64,000 bases of DNA from the human T2T-CHM13v2.0 reference genome, Homo sapiens: the NCBI RefSeq assembly GCF_009914755.1, contig NC_060929.1; one strand, 5' to 3'. This document shows, piece after piece, positions 13,600-27,350 of this stretch. Position numbers and translations under genes: made by a program. The stretch's first letter is position 1, and each line of letters opens with the position of its first letter. The notes under the pieces are model-generated. The model did no database searches. It was not told the DNA's origin and worked only from the letters and a program-made list of their open reading frames with translations.

Positions 13600-13704
13600 G
13601 ACTGCAATACATGTAAATTTGCTACCATCACATGTAATCTCACTTCTTCTGACATCAGCCAAGTCAATGTTTCGCTTATCTTGTGGAAACCAACTTTTAT
13701 AAAA
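13600..13704 (+). CDS. ITGA1: Integrin alpha-1 coding exon (probably exon 26): DCNTCKFATITCNLTSSDISQVNVSLILWKPTFIK
   Basis: AAACAG acceptor after a 148-nt intron, AAA|GTAAGT donor; 105 nt, phase 0-0. Confidence 0.96.
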
Positions 13705-14144
13705 GTAAGTAAATACATAGTTCTATGCACTGATTGAATAATATCAATAAATATTCATTTACCACTTAGAATATGCAAGGCATTGTGCTGCTTTTGGAAA
13801 GAATGTGCGACTGGAAGTATAAGAGGATGTGACCAAGCCCCAGCTCTACTTAACCAGCTATGTGTGTCTCATCTTCCTTGTCTGTTAAGAACTAAGATAT
13901 TACCAAGGTCCCCTCTGGAGAGATATACTTTTTTCAATCTCTCTTATCCTTTTTCTTTGTACTTTAAGAGATAAATACCTTTCCAGTACCAAAGCTTGCA
14001 CTTATCTTAATACTTTGGAACTCAGTTAATGTACAGAGTATAATAAAGTGGCAACCCTTGACCCCAGTAACAAAGGAAAGAGCTAACATATACCATAGAC
14101 TTACTGTGTTTTATCAGACTGTTATTATATGTATAATTTTATAA

Positions 14145-14400
<256 letters not shown>

Positions 14401-14556
14401 TGACAATAAGCTACTTTAAAACTTTTTATTGTATTTTGTATTATTTATTTCTCAGGAAGTATTTAGTTGAACATATGACTTTGCCATTTTTGAATTTGAT
14501 TATAGTAAGTTGCTATTTTTATGTCATTAACTGTTAATATTGGCAATTTCATTTTT

Positions 14557-17500
14557 TAAATTTCAACTTTAATTTTAGATACAGGGAGTATACATGCACG
14601 AGTTTGTTACATGGGTATATTTGCAGGATATTGAGGTTTAGGGTACAGATTCCATCGCTCAGGTAGTGGGCATAATACCCAATAGGTAGTTTGTCAGCTC
14701 CTCCAAGTAGTCCATGGTGTCTACTGTTCCCATCTTTATATCCATGAGTACCCAAGGCTTAACTCTCACTTATACGTGAGAACATGTGGTATTTGGTTTT
14801 CTGTTCCTGTGGAATTTGCTTAGGATTATGGCCTCCATCTGCATGTATGTTGCTGCAAAGGACATGATTTTGTTCTTTTTTATGGCTGTGCAGTGTTCCA
14901 TGGTGTATATGTACATATTTTCTTTATCCAGGCCACTGTTGATGGGCACCTATGTTAATTCCATGTCTTTGCTGTTGTGAATAGCACTGCAATGAAGATA
15001 TGACCGCACGTGTCTTTTTGGTAAACAGTTTCTTTCGGGTATATACACCCAGTAATGGGATTGCTGGGTTGAATGGTAGTTCTGTTTTAAGTTGTTTGAG
15101 AAATCTCCAAACTGCTTTCCACTGGCTGAACTAATTTACATCCCCACCAACAGTGTATAAGCTTTTCCTTTTCTCTGCTGCCTCACCATTTTCTGTTATT
15201 TTTTGACTTCTTAATAATAGCCATTCTGACTGGAGTGAGATGGTACCTACCTCATTTTGGCTTTTATTTGCATTTCTGTAATGATTAGCGATAATGAGAG
15301 TTTTTTCATATGTTTGTTGGTCACCTGTATGTCATGTTTTAAGGAGTCTATTCATGTCCTTTGCCCATTATTTAATGTGGTTATTTGTTGATTGATTGCT
15401 TGCTGAGTTGTTCAAGTTCCTTATTCTGGATATTAGACCTTTGTCAGATGCATAGTTTGCAATTATTTTCTCCCATTCTGTAGGTTGTCTGTTTACTCTA
15501 TTGATAATGTCTTTTGTTGTGCAGAAGCTCTTTAGTTTAATTAGATCCCACTTGTCAATTTTTGTTTTTGTTGCAATTGCTTTTAGAGACTTAGCCAAAA
15601 ATTATTTGCCAAGACCAATGTCAGAGAGGGTATTTCCTAGGTTTTCTTATAATATTTTTATAGTTAAAGGTCTTATATTTAAATCTTTAATTTGTCTTGG
15701 TTAGTTTTTATATATGGGGAAAGTTAGGGGTCCAGTTTCATTCTTCTTCATATGGCTAGCCAGTTATCCCAACACCATTTTTTGACTAGGGATTCCTTTC
15801 CCCATTGCTTGTTTTTGTTGGCTTTATCAAAGATCAGACGGCTGTAGGTATGTGGCTTTATTTCTGAATTCTCTATTCTGTTTCACTGGTCCATGTGGCT
15901 CTTCTGTACCAGTATCATACCGTTTTGATTACCGTAGCCTTATAGTAGAGTTCGAAGTCAGGCAGTGTGATGGGTCTGGCTTTGTTCTTTTTACTTAGGA
16001 TTGCTTTGGCTACCTGAGCTCTTTTTTTAGATCCACATGAATTTTAGAATAGTTTTTTCTAATTCTGTGAAAAATGATGTTGGTACTTTAAGAGCAACAG
16101 TGTTAAATCTATACATTGCTTTGGGCAGTATGGCCATTTAATGATATTAAATGAAAGGTTTTTTCTTTTATTTGTCTCATCTCTGATTTCTTTCAGCAGT
16201 GTTTTTTAGGTCTCCTTTTAGAGATCTCTTACCTCCTTGGTTAGCTGTATTCCTGGATATTTCAGTGTTTTTTGTAGCTTCTGTAAATGGAGTTTTTTTT
16301 TTTTTTTGAGACGGAGTCTCGCTCTGTCGCCCAGGCTGGAGTCCAGTGGCGCGACCTTGGCTCACTGCAAGCTCCGCCTCCCGGGTTCACGCCATTCTCT
16401 TGACTCAGCCTCCTGAGCAGCTGGGACTACAGGCACCCACCACCATGCCCGGCTAATTTTTTTTTTTTTTTTGTATTTTTAGTAGAGATGGGGTTTCACT
16501 GTGTTAGCCAGGATGGTCTCGATCTCCTGACCTCATGATCTGCCCACCTCAGCCTCCCAAAGTGCTGGGATTACAGGCGTGAGCCACCGCACCCAGCCCT
16601 GAGTTGTGTTGTTTATTTGACTCTCACCTTGAACATTATTGGTGTATAGAAATGCTACTAATTTTTGTACCCCTATTTTATATTCTGAAACTTTACTAAA
16701 GTCATTTATGAATTCTAGGAGTTTTTTGGCAGAGTCTTAAGGGTTTTCTAGGTATAGGATCATATTACCAGTGGAAAAAAGATAGCTTGACTTCTTCTAT
16801 TCCTATTTGGATGTCTTTATTTCTTTATCTTGCCTTATTGCTCTGGCTAGGACTTAGAGTACTAGGTTGAATAGGAGTGGTAAGAGTGGGCATCCTTGTC
16901 TTATTCCAGTTCCCCAGGGGAATGGTTCCAGCTTTTGCCCATTCAGTATGATATTGGCTAGGATTAGTTACAGATGACTCTTATTATTTGGAGGTATGTT
17001 TCTTTGATGCCTGTCTCTACCTAGAGTTCTTGTGCTGATTCTTTCTCATCTTGGGGGACTGATGTTCTTCAACTGTGGTGTAAGTTGAGTGTAGTCATTT
17101 GGGTTTGTTTCTGGATGCTTTCAGAGGGCCAAGTCTCTGTACAGGATCTTTATTTGTGGGTGTATGCTCACAGGAGTGTTTATTAGCAAAGTAATTTTTG
17201 GTGTTGTTGTTTGAGCTGTGATCCAGTAGAGGGCAATTAAGGGTAATGGGCAGTAGATAGGCTCTTAGTCTTGCCACTCTTGTATTTGCTCATGTTTGCA
17301 GGGGTGCTCTGCAGTGGGTAGGGAGAGGCCTCCTCCAATCACTGGCACTGTACCCATGTTTCTTTTGTTAGGTGTTCTGGGCCACAGGCTCTCTCGGGCA
17401 GAGGCCATGGCAGGTAGATAGGTGACACCTTTTCCGAACCAGCCCTGTGGAGGGAGTCATGCCCTACTCCAGTGCTGGCCCACGCTGGCCCACGAATCCA

Positions 17501-18327
17501 TGTTTGTTACCCATCTCAGTGCTCTGAGATGGGGGCTCCTCCCCTACTTGAGTGCCAGCCATAGATCTCAGCTTGGTACTCCTGAGATGGACATGCCATC
17601 TCTGGGTCTCCAGGACACCCCGCAGCTCAGAGTCAGGCTCTGGTTGCTTTGGAGGATCCAAAGTCCTCCCAGGTCACAGGGAAAGTACTCAGGTGGGGCG
17701 CAGCACCCAGGCTGGGCGGCAGAGACTGCGCTGTGCACATGCTCCTGTGGGGCAGTTAGGCAGGGACTCTGGGAGGGTCTGGCAGGCGGGAGAGGCTGCA
17801 GAACAGACATGCCCCAGTCCCATGGGGAATGCCTGCTTTCTCCTGGCTTGTGGTCACCTGGGGCTAGAGCCTCTGTGAAGGAGATGGGGAGTCTGAGGGG
17901 ATGGGCACCTATGTCTGTGCTCTGCTCACAAAAGCTCCTGGGCTCCATGCTAGCTGAAGCCCTGTCTCTACCTGCTCCCTGGGAAAATCCACCTGCCAGC
18001 TCACACATCCATTGGAGATGTTGGGTACTCTGTAGCTTAGATCCCAGATGTCTGTGGCAAGAGTGAGCTGTCCCTCAGTCCCCTCCCTCACCCCTTCTCC
18101 AGGAGCCATTTAGGGCCAGGAAGTAGCCCAAGCATTCAGGTACCCTACGCAGGGTTCCCAGCTTCTCCCTCTTCAGCCTCAGCATCTGTGTTGCCTCTCC
18201 ACACACTTGCGGTGTTTTCTCCCTAGAGATCAGATCTGCCCAAATTATATTATTTACTTGATAATTTGGGATCTCTTAGTGGGAGAGATGGCTGTGTCTA
18301 GTTAGCCATCTTGTCCCCCTAGATCAT
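14557..18327 (-). mobile_element. Older L1 (L1PB/L1PA13-16-like), internally deleted: 3' UTR + 3' half of ORF2 (14557-17012) joined to the ORF1 start + 5' UTR (17023-18327)
   Basis: ORF2 peptides ([15 protein letters not shown]...); ORF1 start MRKNQHKNS at 17049; 5' end GCCATCTT at about 18305; TSD CAATTTCATTTTT at 14544-14556 and 18328-18340. Confidence 0.85.
16293..16598 (-). mobile_element. AluY nested in the L1
   Basis: Full antisense dimer with AluY diagnostics, interrupting L1 ORF2 sequence. Confidence 0.93.
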
Positions 18328-18700
18328 CAATTTCATTTTTAATCCTAAATAAGTGCCTAGATAAACTTCATCACCAGAATGTAGTTGTTTCATGTCTTGC
18401 TACGTTAAAGGTAGGCAGAGTTTGAGGTTTGTTTTTTCTAATGATAAATCAATACAAAATATTTTTAAAATTTTTTTTCATTCCATAACGAGGATCTAAG
18501 TAAGGATTTTCAGTGGCAAATGAGGGAGGACAAGTGCACGGTTATTATTTGATACTACCAGTTCCATTTGGAAGTTAACAAAACTGGAATTTTTAATCTC
18601 TCAGAAAAATCTTAGCTTTTATAAATGTCCTACTCAAACATGACTAGCTCTCATTTTGATTAGCATCATATATTAAGAACAAATCCTATTTGCTTTTCAG

Positions 18701-18793
18701 TCATATTTTTCCAGCTTAAATCTTACTATAAGGGGAGAACTTCGGAGTGAAAATGCATCTCTGGTTTTAAGTAGCAGCAATCAAAAAAGAGAG
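18701..18793 (+). CDS. ITGA1: Integrin alpha-1 coding exon (probably exon 27): SYFSSLNLTIRGELRSENASLVLSSSNQKRE
   Basis: TTTGCTTTTCAG acceptor, GAG|GTAAGT donor; 93 nt, phase 0-0. Confidence 0.96.
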
Positions 18794-20009
18794 GTAAGTG
18801 CAACATGAGTTTTGAAAACATTATGCATTTCACTCTGAATTTTGTGACATAATGTTTTATAATTGTTGATAGTCCCTTAAGCAGTGACTGGTATTGCTCT
18901 CGGTAAGTGACAGACACTATTTGCTTCAAATTATACTTCATTAGCTTCAAATGTGATTTTAGTCTTATTCATCCTTGTAAGACACTGGGAAAATCATGAT
19001 ATTTACAATTCACATGCCGCATTTGACTTTATCACTTATAACTATCACGGTAAATGGATGTTTTTACTTTCACTTTGATAACAAATGATGCAGTTGTAAC
19101 TTTCCTCCTTAAAAGCTGACATTATAAAATGCAGCTGATATCTGAAGAGCAGCCGCAAAAAACAACTTCTTTATAAAAAGTGCCTTTATACTGTACAGGA
19201 AAACATGTACATTTTTTAAAGTTTTCTTTCAAATTTCATTGAGAAATTTGAAACAAAAATGTGATGGTATTTCCTAATACAAATTCAGACTTGAGTCCTC
19301 AGTAAAAATAGAAAGGTTTGAGTTTTTAACTCTTGTCCTTTTTATAAATTAATAAGCCAAGGTGACGGAGTAAGACCCCATCTCTAAAAAAATAAAATAA
19401 AATAAGTACTTGTTACACATGCAGGCACTTCAGCATGATCTCCCCCCTTCTCATGGGAGACTTTAAATATCCCATGTGGATAACAGCACCATGTGAATCA
19501 TAAAATTCAATTTGGAAGCTCCCTAACTTTCAGATGTTCTTTTTAAATTGCTTATTTCAAATTTTTCCAATATCAATGACTTCTGATAAGTATACGCTTT
19601 TCAAGAAAAAGGAAAATACATGCATATAATGTTTACTTATGTCATAAAGAGCGCTTAGCATAAGCAATGCAAAATGCAAAGTTGTTCCTTACATAGAATA
19701 GCCAACATTTCACTAAAACCTAAAAAATTTGAGTATGGTTTATGTTGGAAAAGTACATTTGATTCCTAAATTTATGTGTTAAAATTTTATAATGAGTTTT
19801 ATTTTCCCTAAATATTAGTTAAAAATTCCCCTGGAAATATTTATTCTACATTCATCCTAAAGGAAAAATTATATCTATATTGATAAAATTACTAAAAGTG
19901 ATCATTTTGTAATTGTGTGATCTGAGGAAAGTCACTGATCTTATCTAGATTCCGGTTTCCGTATCTGTAAGTTCAGGGAATTGTTTTACATATGTTTAAA
20001 ATCTGCCTT

Positions 20010-20124
20010 GCTGGGCTTAGTGGCTCATGTCTGTCATCCCAGCCTACTCGGGAGACTGAGATGGAAGGATCACTTTAGCCCAGGAGTTTGAGATCAGCCT
20101 GGGCAAAATAGTGAAACCCCATCT
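20010..20124 (+). mobile_element. Alu monomer (FLAM/AluJ left arm-like), followed by (TTTTG)n
   Basis: GCTGGGCTTAGTGGCTCATGTCTGT...CCCAGGAGTTTGAGATCAGCCTGGGCAAAATAGTGAAACCCCATCT. Confidence 0.8.
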
Positions 20125-21102
20125 GTGTTTTGTTTTGTTTTGTTTTAAGAAACTGTCATAATGGTCTGATGCTGTATATGTCTACATTCTTGCCAGCTCT
20201 GTCACCTACCTGGAGTGATTTGAGAGGTTTTGATTAGTATCATGCATATACAAATCTCTCCCCTGTTAGTTTCTTTTTCTACCCTAATCTTCCCTCTAGG
20301 TAAAGAAATTGAGATGTTACTGTTAAAGGCAAATACAGGGCTTGAACTATTACTAGCCATTGATATCTACCCTAAATTAATTTTTTTCAAATCCCCCAGG
20401 GATGAGACACAGAGCAGATAGGTTTCATTGAGGTTTGAGTGCCACCCTGAGAGAGCTTGAGTAGCTGGAACACTAAAAGCGGTCCATTTTACAGCTTTGC
20501 TTCAGTTAAAACCTGATTTATACATGTGGACCCAGTGATAAGTCAAGTAGAAGAAACATTGTGGTATAATGAAGAGCACACTGGGAGTGAATACATATGC
20601 AAACATTCACTTACCCATACACTTGACATGTATGCATTATACTTTCAATTTATAAACAAAAAATTATGCACACTAGAAATAAAATAAGGAGACTTTCTCA
20701 GGTTCTTATGACAACAAACTGCGACATTCCAATCTAAACTAATGCTATTGTGATAATACAGTAGTGTACTAATTAATCTTTAACACACATAATACTTTGG
20801 TTCTCCCTGAGTTAAACAGAAATTCACTCCTCCCCTTGAGCATTCCAATCCATTGACATTTAACCCTTTATGTATAAATTTCAGAAGGATAATATTATAA
20901 ATACCTTTTGGTAATAATAAATTTGACATAGTTAGAGATTTAGACTAGATGAAGAGCATTTTCTAATGTAAATCTAATGTTTTCTCGTTATATAGTAACG
21001 AGATTAATGCACTGGTAGAGAATTGTAGCCTGCAAGAACTCAATGTTCCAGGAGTTCTAATAGGTGTTTATTATGTTAACAATCTTGTTTAATAATTTTC
21101 AG

Positions 21103-21219
21103 CTTGCTATTCAAATATCCAAAGATGGGCTACCGGGCAGAGTGCCATTATGGGTCATCCTGCTGAGTGCTTTTGCCGGATTGTTGCTGTTAATGCTGCT
21201 CATTTTAGCACTGTGGAAG
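21103..21219 (+). CDS. ITGA1: Integrin alpha-1 transmembrane exon (probably exon 28): LAIQISKDGLPGRVPLWVILLSAFAGLLLLMLLILALWK
   Basis: TTTTCAG acceptor, AAG|GTAAAC donor; 117 nt, phase 0-0; hydrophobic TM helix ending LWK, typical of integrin alpha subunits. Confidence 0.97.
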
Positions 21220-22944
21220 GTAAACACCAAAATTCCTTTGACTCTCTACTTCAATCATCAACAGCAAACTGGAGAAATAAGCTCTGATATATTCAGACTA
21301 TGTAATATAGTATTATTACAGCAATGAAACAAACGTTGAAATGATGACTAAGGGAAAGAAAAAAGAAAAATGCGTATTTCAAACACTGCACACAACTTGA
21401 CCCAATTTTTGTAAAGGAAAAAAAACTTATTTTGAGTTAGAAATAGTCAAAAATTCACAAAAGTATCTTTCTAGAGTTTAGTATGATAGGGGACTTTCAC
21501 ATGTGTAACAATTAAAATTTTATAATAAGTATGTATTTCTTTTATAAACAGAGAACAATGAAAACTGTCTTTTATAGAGAAAGAAAAAATGAATTCCTAT
21601 GTCAATTTAAGGATATATAAGCAGTAGATTCAAGGTTAAAATAAGCCTTGTTTTAATCACATCTCCATGTGTCTTAAATATCAAATAATTCTTTAATGTT
21701 TAAATATATATGGCACATTTTATGTAATAAATTGTGTGCCTGAGTGGAGGATAAGGGATCAGCTGATGTAGGGGAGATCTTAAAGTTTCACAGACTCCTA
21801 TTTCAAATTCTGTGGTAAATGTGAGTAACCACCTATTTTGTGTCAAGTAACTCTGGATATTTATGTAATGTTTTGCTTAGGCTGAAATAGACATGATTTT
21901 TAAAACTCTTAGCAGCTGTATAATTTTCACATTAAGTAGAATTGAGATGACAGCTTTTGGGATAAGTTGAATAGAGAATAACATCCCATACAGAGTTGAA
22001 TGTTTTTTCAATTAAATATCAAATAAGCATTTATTCTAGCATAATATCCCCCTAGATTTTACCTATTGTTTTGTTAAATAGTTAAATTATGTTAAAAATA
22101 TAGGTTGTGGCTACATATTAATTGTTCTATTACCTGAGCAACATAATTATTTAATCAAATAGTTTAAATAGCAAGTTTCTCTCCCACTGAAATACCAACT
22201 GTTCCTATCCTTTCTTACTCTCCTATGACTCACTTCCTCTTTTGAGGGGCTTAGTCTCAGAGGAGATGGTGAACAAAGCCAGATGTAGGTCAGTGGCATT
22301 TAATTCAGTAAATAGAATCCATGGCTTTTCTCTAGCAAAGTTCCCCAAACAAAATTCTCCACTATAGCCAATGTCCAGCTCTTCCTTCTACTTTATAAGG
22401 GATCAGTGTTCTCTCTGTAATACCTAGCTTTGCCACACTGTGGTACCCAAGGCCTGGCTTATTGGTGTCAAGGTTGTACTTGAAATATAGGAAGTGGTTT
22501 CTTCATTTCTATGCACCTCTAATAGAGAGTGTTACTGTTGATTTTTTTCAGCATAGTCTTCTGTTCTCAGCACTGCACTTACCTCTATGGTTTTAGAACA
22601 CCGCTGGCAGGAGAAGAGGAAAACCAGAGCTGATATTTGGATAGGTTCTTTCAGGCCTTGTACCTCTGTTTCAGACAAACAAATAGGAAATTTCAGTCAC
22701 CTATTTTTCAGTCAGTAGTCTGAAAAAGCATAAATGTAAAACTAAGCTCATTGTTTCATCCAGATAATGATGTGTTGATACATTCTGACAGCTTCTTAGG
22801 TTATTATTAATATTATTATTATTGCAGGCCCAAAAGAAGATCATTTGACAAACTTTGGGCTGTCTTACCCGGTAGAAATAGTTCAGCCACTTCATTGGGA
22901 GGCCCAGCAATGAGAACTGTGATTCTAAGGTAGAAGGGAAGAAA

Positions 22945-23160
22945 CTAGCTCTTATCGAATGCTTACTATGTGCAGGGAGCTATTTTAAACATTTCTGCTT
23001 TAAGCATTCCCACTTAATACTCATATCAACCTTATGAGGTCGTATGAACCTCCTCTTTTAAGTGAAGAACATAAAATTTAAGTATATTTCCCAAAGACAC
23101 ATAGTGAGATTCAGAGTAAGGATCTGAATTCTGTGCCAAAACCACTGACTATTATCACTC
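22945..23160 (-). mobile_element. MIR SINE
   Basis: TTATCGAATGCTTACTATGTGC...AACCTTATGAGGT...CCCAAAGACACATAG. Confidence 0.6.
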
Positions 23161-25667
23161 TGTGTTCTCTCTTGCTTCCATTCACTCTGGTGTCCTCGCA
23201 ACAATCTTTTCGACCAAGTATTTTAACTACATTTTACACCTGAGGACATTAAAGCAAAGGGAGGTAAAGTGACTCTCCCATGATTACTAGCTAGTAAATG
23301 ACTGGATTCAAGGAATGATCTACAGAGCTCTTTCTTTTTCCAATATATCCTACTGCTGCAGGCTATAGGGTAGGGCTCTTTACTCTGGAGCTCCAGGAGT
23401 TGGGTTTTGTTCAAGAGAGTCATGAACTCTCTTAAACACATAATACTGTCTTTGGTTTTGGAATGAGGGTCCCTGGTTGGATTCAGACTTTCGGTAGTTC
23501 CATTATATCAAGAAGGCTAATCCCACTTCCCCCTACTTTAAAGTTCTGTTGGAAGCTGCCTGAAGCATGAGTTCAGTTGCAGTAGGTTCAGAAGAGCTAC
23601 TCTTATCCCAGACATCTTTTTTATTCTAACTAGATCTGGATCAGACACCTCAGGACTATCCCTTCTTCCTTCCTTTCCTGAATCCCACCAGTTTGGAGTT
23701 CATTGGAACTCCCAAGTCTGAGTCTCTGTGTAAGAGACAGGCCAAAAGTTTCTCTTAGAGCAGAGATTCACTTTCAAAAGACACAGTCTTTATATCTTTG
23801 TCTTCATCATACACATGGCAAAAATTAAAGCTTGACAAAGTGTTAGTAGCTGCTTAATACACTTCATGATTGATGGGAGGAATCTTGTAGGGGACGTAGG
23901 TTTAAATAGGTGGAGAAACTTGTCCTGAACTGTGGTACCACATGCCGGGGGAGATGCCAGCACACCAGGAGCCATGAGAGACTCAGAACATTCCTCTCTC
24001 CTAACTTGATGTCATAATGATGCCTGAAGTTCCTCAACTGATGATTTATTTATTAATCCTAAAGCTTTATTCTTCATCCAATATACATGTTCTGGGTGGG
24101 TGTGGATGGGGACTGGTGTCTCACCACTTTTTAGTCTTTTATACATTAGTATGAATTTATTCATTCAGCAATTATTCCATGTTATATTCATTAAGCACTT
24201 ACTTTTCTGACAGTTATCACCTCATTAGAGCCTTTGCCATAGGGTTTTGAACAAGGGATCATGAAGCAAACACAGGAAGGAAAAAATGAAAGCCAGTGCT
24301 GCAAAGAAAGTGTTGGGGCTGAAAACAAACTCTATTGGTTTCAAATTTGGGCTAGGATTGGCCCAGTCCATCTTGAAGCTATAAACTATTTTCTCCTAAT
24401 CTCCACTCTTTGCCACTCAACTTCTCTTAAAAACCCATGTTAATTGGTTGGGTGGAGTGCTTAGATAACAGAAGTTATTTTAAAATAGAACATTTAATGT
24501 GTAGAAGCCAAGGAGCATTGTAAAGAAGCAAAAAGAGCTGTGAGAGATCAGAAGCAAAGCAGAGTGGGAAGGAGAAAAAGTCTTAGAATCCACCACCTGC
24601 TTTTGTGAAAGCCTTGTCTGTTTATTTTTGACTCAGGACATGCAGGCACAAGTTAAGAAGCCTAATGGTTTGTGAATCTGGAACTTTTATACTTGGCTCA
24701 TATGAAAAAGCCTGAGACGTGTAGGAGAGCTGGCATTTGGGGAAGAAAAACTTATTGTTTTCATGTGTATTTGTTCCGTTACCGCCTTTTCTTCATCTAC
24801 CACCAACTAGATGATGGCATAATAGAAGACATGAGCCCTGAATAAAAATTTTCCAACCTAAAAGTGCATATTTTTGAGGGTTTATCCCCTCTAAGCCCTC
24901 AGTTGTTTAATAATTATTTTATAAACACATAGTTCCCTGGCATAATTTGCCATAATTTCGTGATTAAAATGATGTAGAGGTGCCACACTTTTAAAGAATT
25001 AACTCATTGCCTTTGCTCGATCTATTATAGCCCCCTCTCAAATTTAAAAAATATATACAAATTTGAAAAATCACTTACCTATGACCCTTAATTTTCTTTT
25101 TTTAAAAATAAGCATTTTAGGTTAGATAATTGCAAAGATCCCTTCTATCCCCCATACTTAGTTTTGTTATTCTATAGGATGGGAAACAATTGCAGCACTT
25201 ATAACTTTTTATGATGCCCCAAATTGCAAAGCATAATGAAATATGGCTCACCATCCACCACGATGTGAAATTTTTCTTATGGTCAACAACTTCATTTTTT
25301 ATTTCCAAATGATACAGTGTGTTTTCAAGAGGCTTTTTATATCAAATCTATATAAGCAGACGTCCTGATGCATTTAAAGTTAATACAGACAACTCAGAAA
25401 TCTCCCTAACGCCCTAGCCATAATATACCTGTCAGATTCCCTACCATCTCTAATGACCTCAACTTATGGTCATCGATCATTTGATGGAAATTTCTCTGCC
25501 ACATCCCTGAAAAAAAAGATGATGGCAAAGAAGAGACAATGCTAGCTAATTGCAGTTTGTCTCCCAAAATATTTTCCCAGAAGCTTTTAATTAGTTCAAT
25601 GTGTATACTATATTTTACTAGGGGTCATGGTGTATTTAACCAATGAAAATATTAAAAATGAAACCGC

Positions 25668-25991
<324 letters not shown>

Positions 25992-26163
25992 TCATTTTTT
26001 GACATTGAATATTAATAGGTCAATGAGAAAATATTTCTTAATTATATTAGTTGTGTGCCCAGCATTGCCAATATACTATTAAATTTAATTCTATCCAAAG
26101 GATTAATATTTGCTACCTAAATTAAAATAGTTAATTGTGTTATGTTTTGTGTTTTCTCAACAG

Positions 26164-26208
26164 ATTGGATTCTTCAAAAGACCACTGAAAAAGAAAATGG
26201 AGAAATGA
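26164..26208 (+). CDS. ITGA1: Integrin alpha-1 terminal coding exon (probably exon 29): IGFFKRPLKKKMEK-stop
   Basis: TTTTCTCAACAG acceptor; conserved GFFKR motif; TGA at 26206-26208. Confidence 0.98.
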   Translation: MGFFKRPLKKKMEK

Positions 26209-27344
26209 AATATTTTATGAAAGAAAATAATAACAATTATTCAATAATCTATCCTCAGGTTTGCCTCAAATATGTGACAAGAAATGTATAATTCATGACA
26301 TAGTCATGTAACTATGTAATCCATCAGGGATTCATTACTTGGAAAATGACAGGTCATGCATTATCCAAAAACAATACCAAAAAGACATATTTTATAAAAT
26401 GACAAAAAATATTTTACATAATTACTCATTTTTGTTGAGTAAGCAAAATTACAAAGTGTTTTTAAAAAAACCTGTACAAATATGTTTATGTATTAAATCA
26501 CCATCCAAAATATTTAAGGAATATATAAAAAGATTTTTATGATCATAGAAACATCTATTTTCAAAACAATATAAATTAAGCTTTTCCCCTTGATTCCTGT
26601 TGGATATCCATGTTCAGCATGACAGTCAGCACTCGTAAATGCCAAGAAAAGAATTACCTGAAAAAGATCATTTCTCCCTATTCAAATGAGAATATTTTCC
26701 CTCGGTAGAATCCATATACAATATGGATTGAAAATTAAGTCACCAAGAATACATTTAGCATCTTTGTGTTGGGTTCTATACCTAAAAATTTTCCCTCCCT
26801 GCCCAAGGTGATTGGAAAGTACTGCAATTGAGCTAAAATTTTATCTAGGATGGAAAATCAGGATAGACTCGTTTAAAAACAAGTATATTAAATGGGTTAA
26901 ATTAAGCTTTTACAGAACATGCTTAATTTTGATATTGAGCTCTAAATGCAAAACTCTTTTATACTGAAAAAACACTTAAAGTAGTTTTGTGTGGCATCAC
27001 AGTGATTTGTCATGAAAAGCCATATATGGGGGACATGCTAAAATGGCTTCTGAATGAAATACGACAGCAGAGAAAGATGCCACTGAAATGCTGAAATTAT
27101 CTTTGCTGAGCAGCTTTTGAATGCTAAGGGTTCCAGTATGTGACCCAAAGAAAGAGTTGTCTCAACTCCTTGGTACAGGGTTCATTCAAACCCCCAAGCT
27201 GTGAGAGTGTGTTTATTTTTAATTTTTTAAAAGGTATTTAATTTCCAACCACACTTCTTATTTTTTTGAAAAGACAATTTTCCATTTCAGTATTACATTT
27301 TACCAAGAAGTCACTGCTTTTTAGGTGTGTTGCATCAATATTTA

Positions 27345-27350
27345 AATAAA
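27345..27350 (+). terminator. Candidate proximal polyadenylation signal AATAAA of ITGA1
   Basis: Canonical hexamer about 1.1 kb after the stop codon, with U-rich sequence downstream. Confidence 0.55.

Noticed and set aside
17422-18109. ORFs up to 214 aa on both strands
   Set aside because: They lie in the GC-rich 5' UTR of the internally deleted L1 and show no protein-family features
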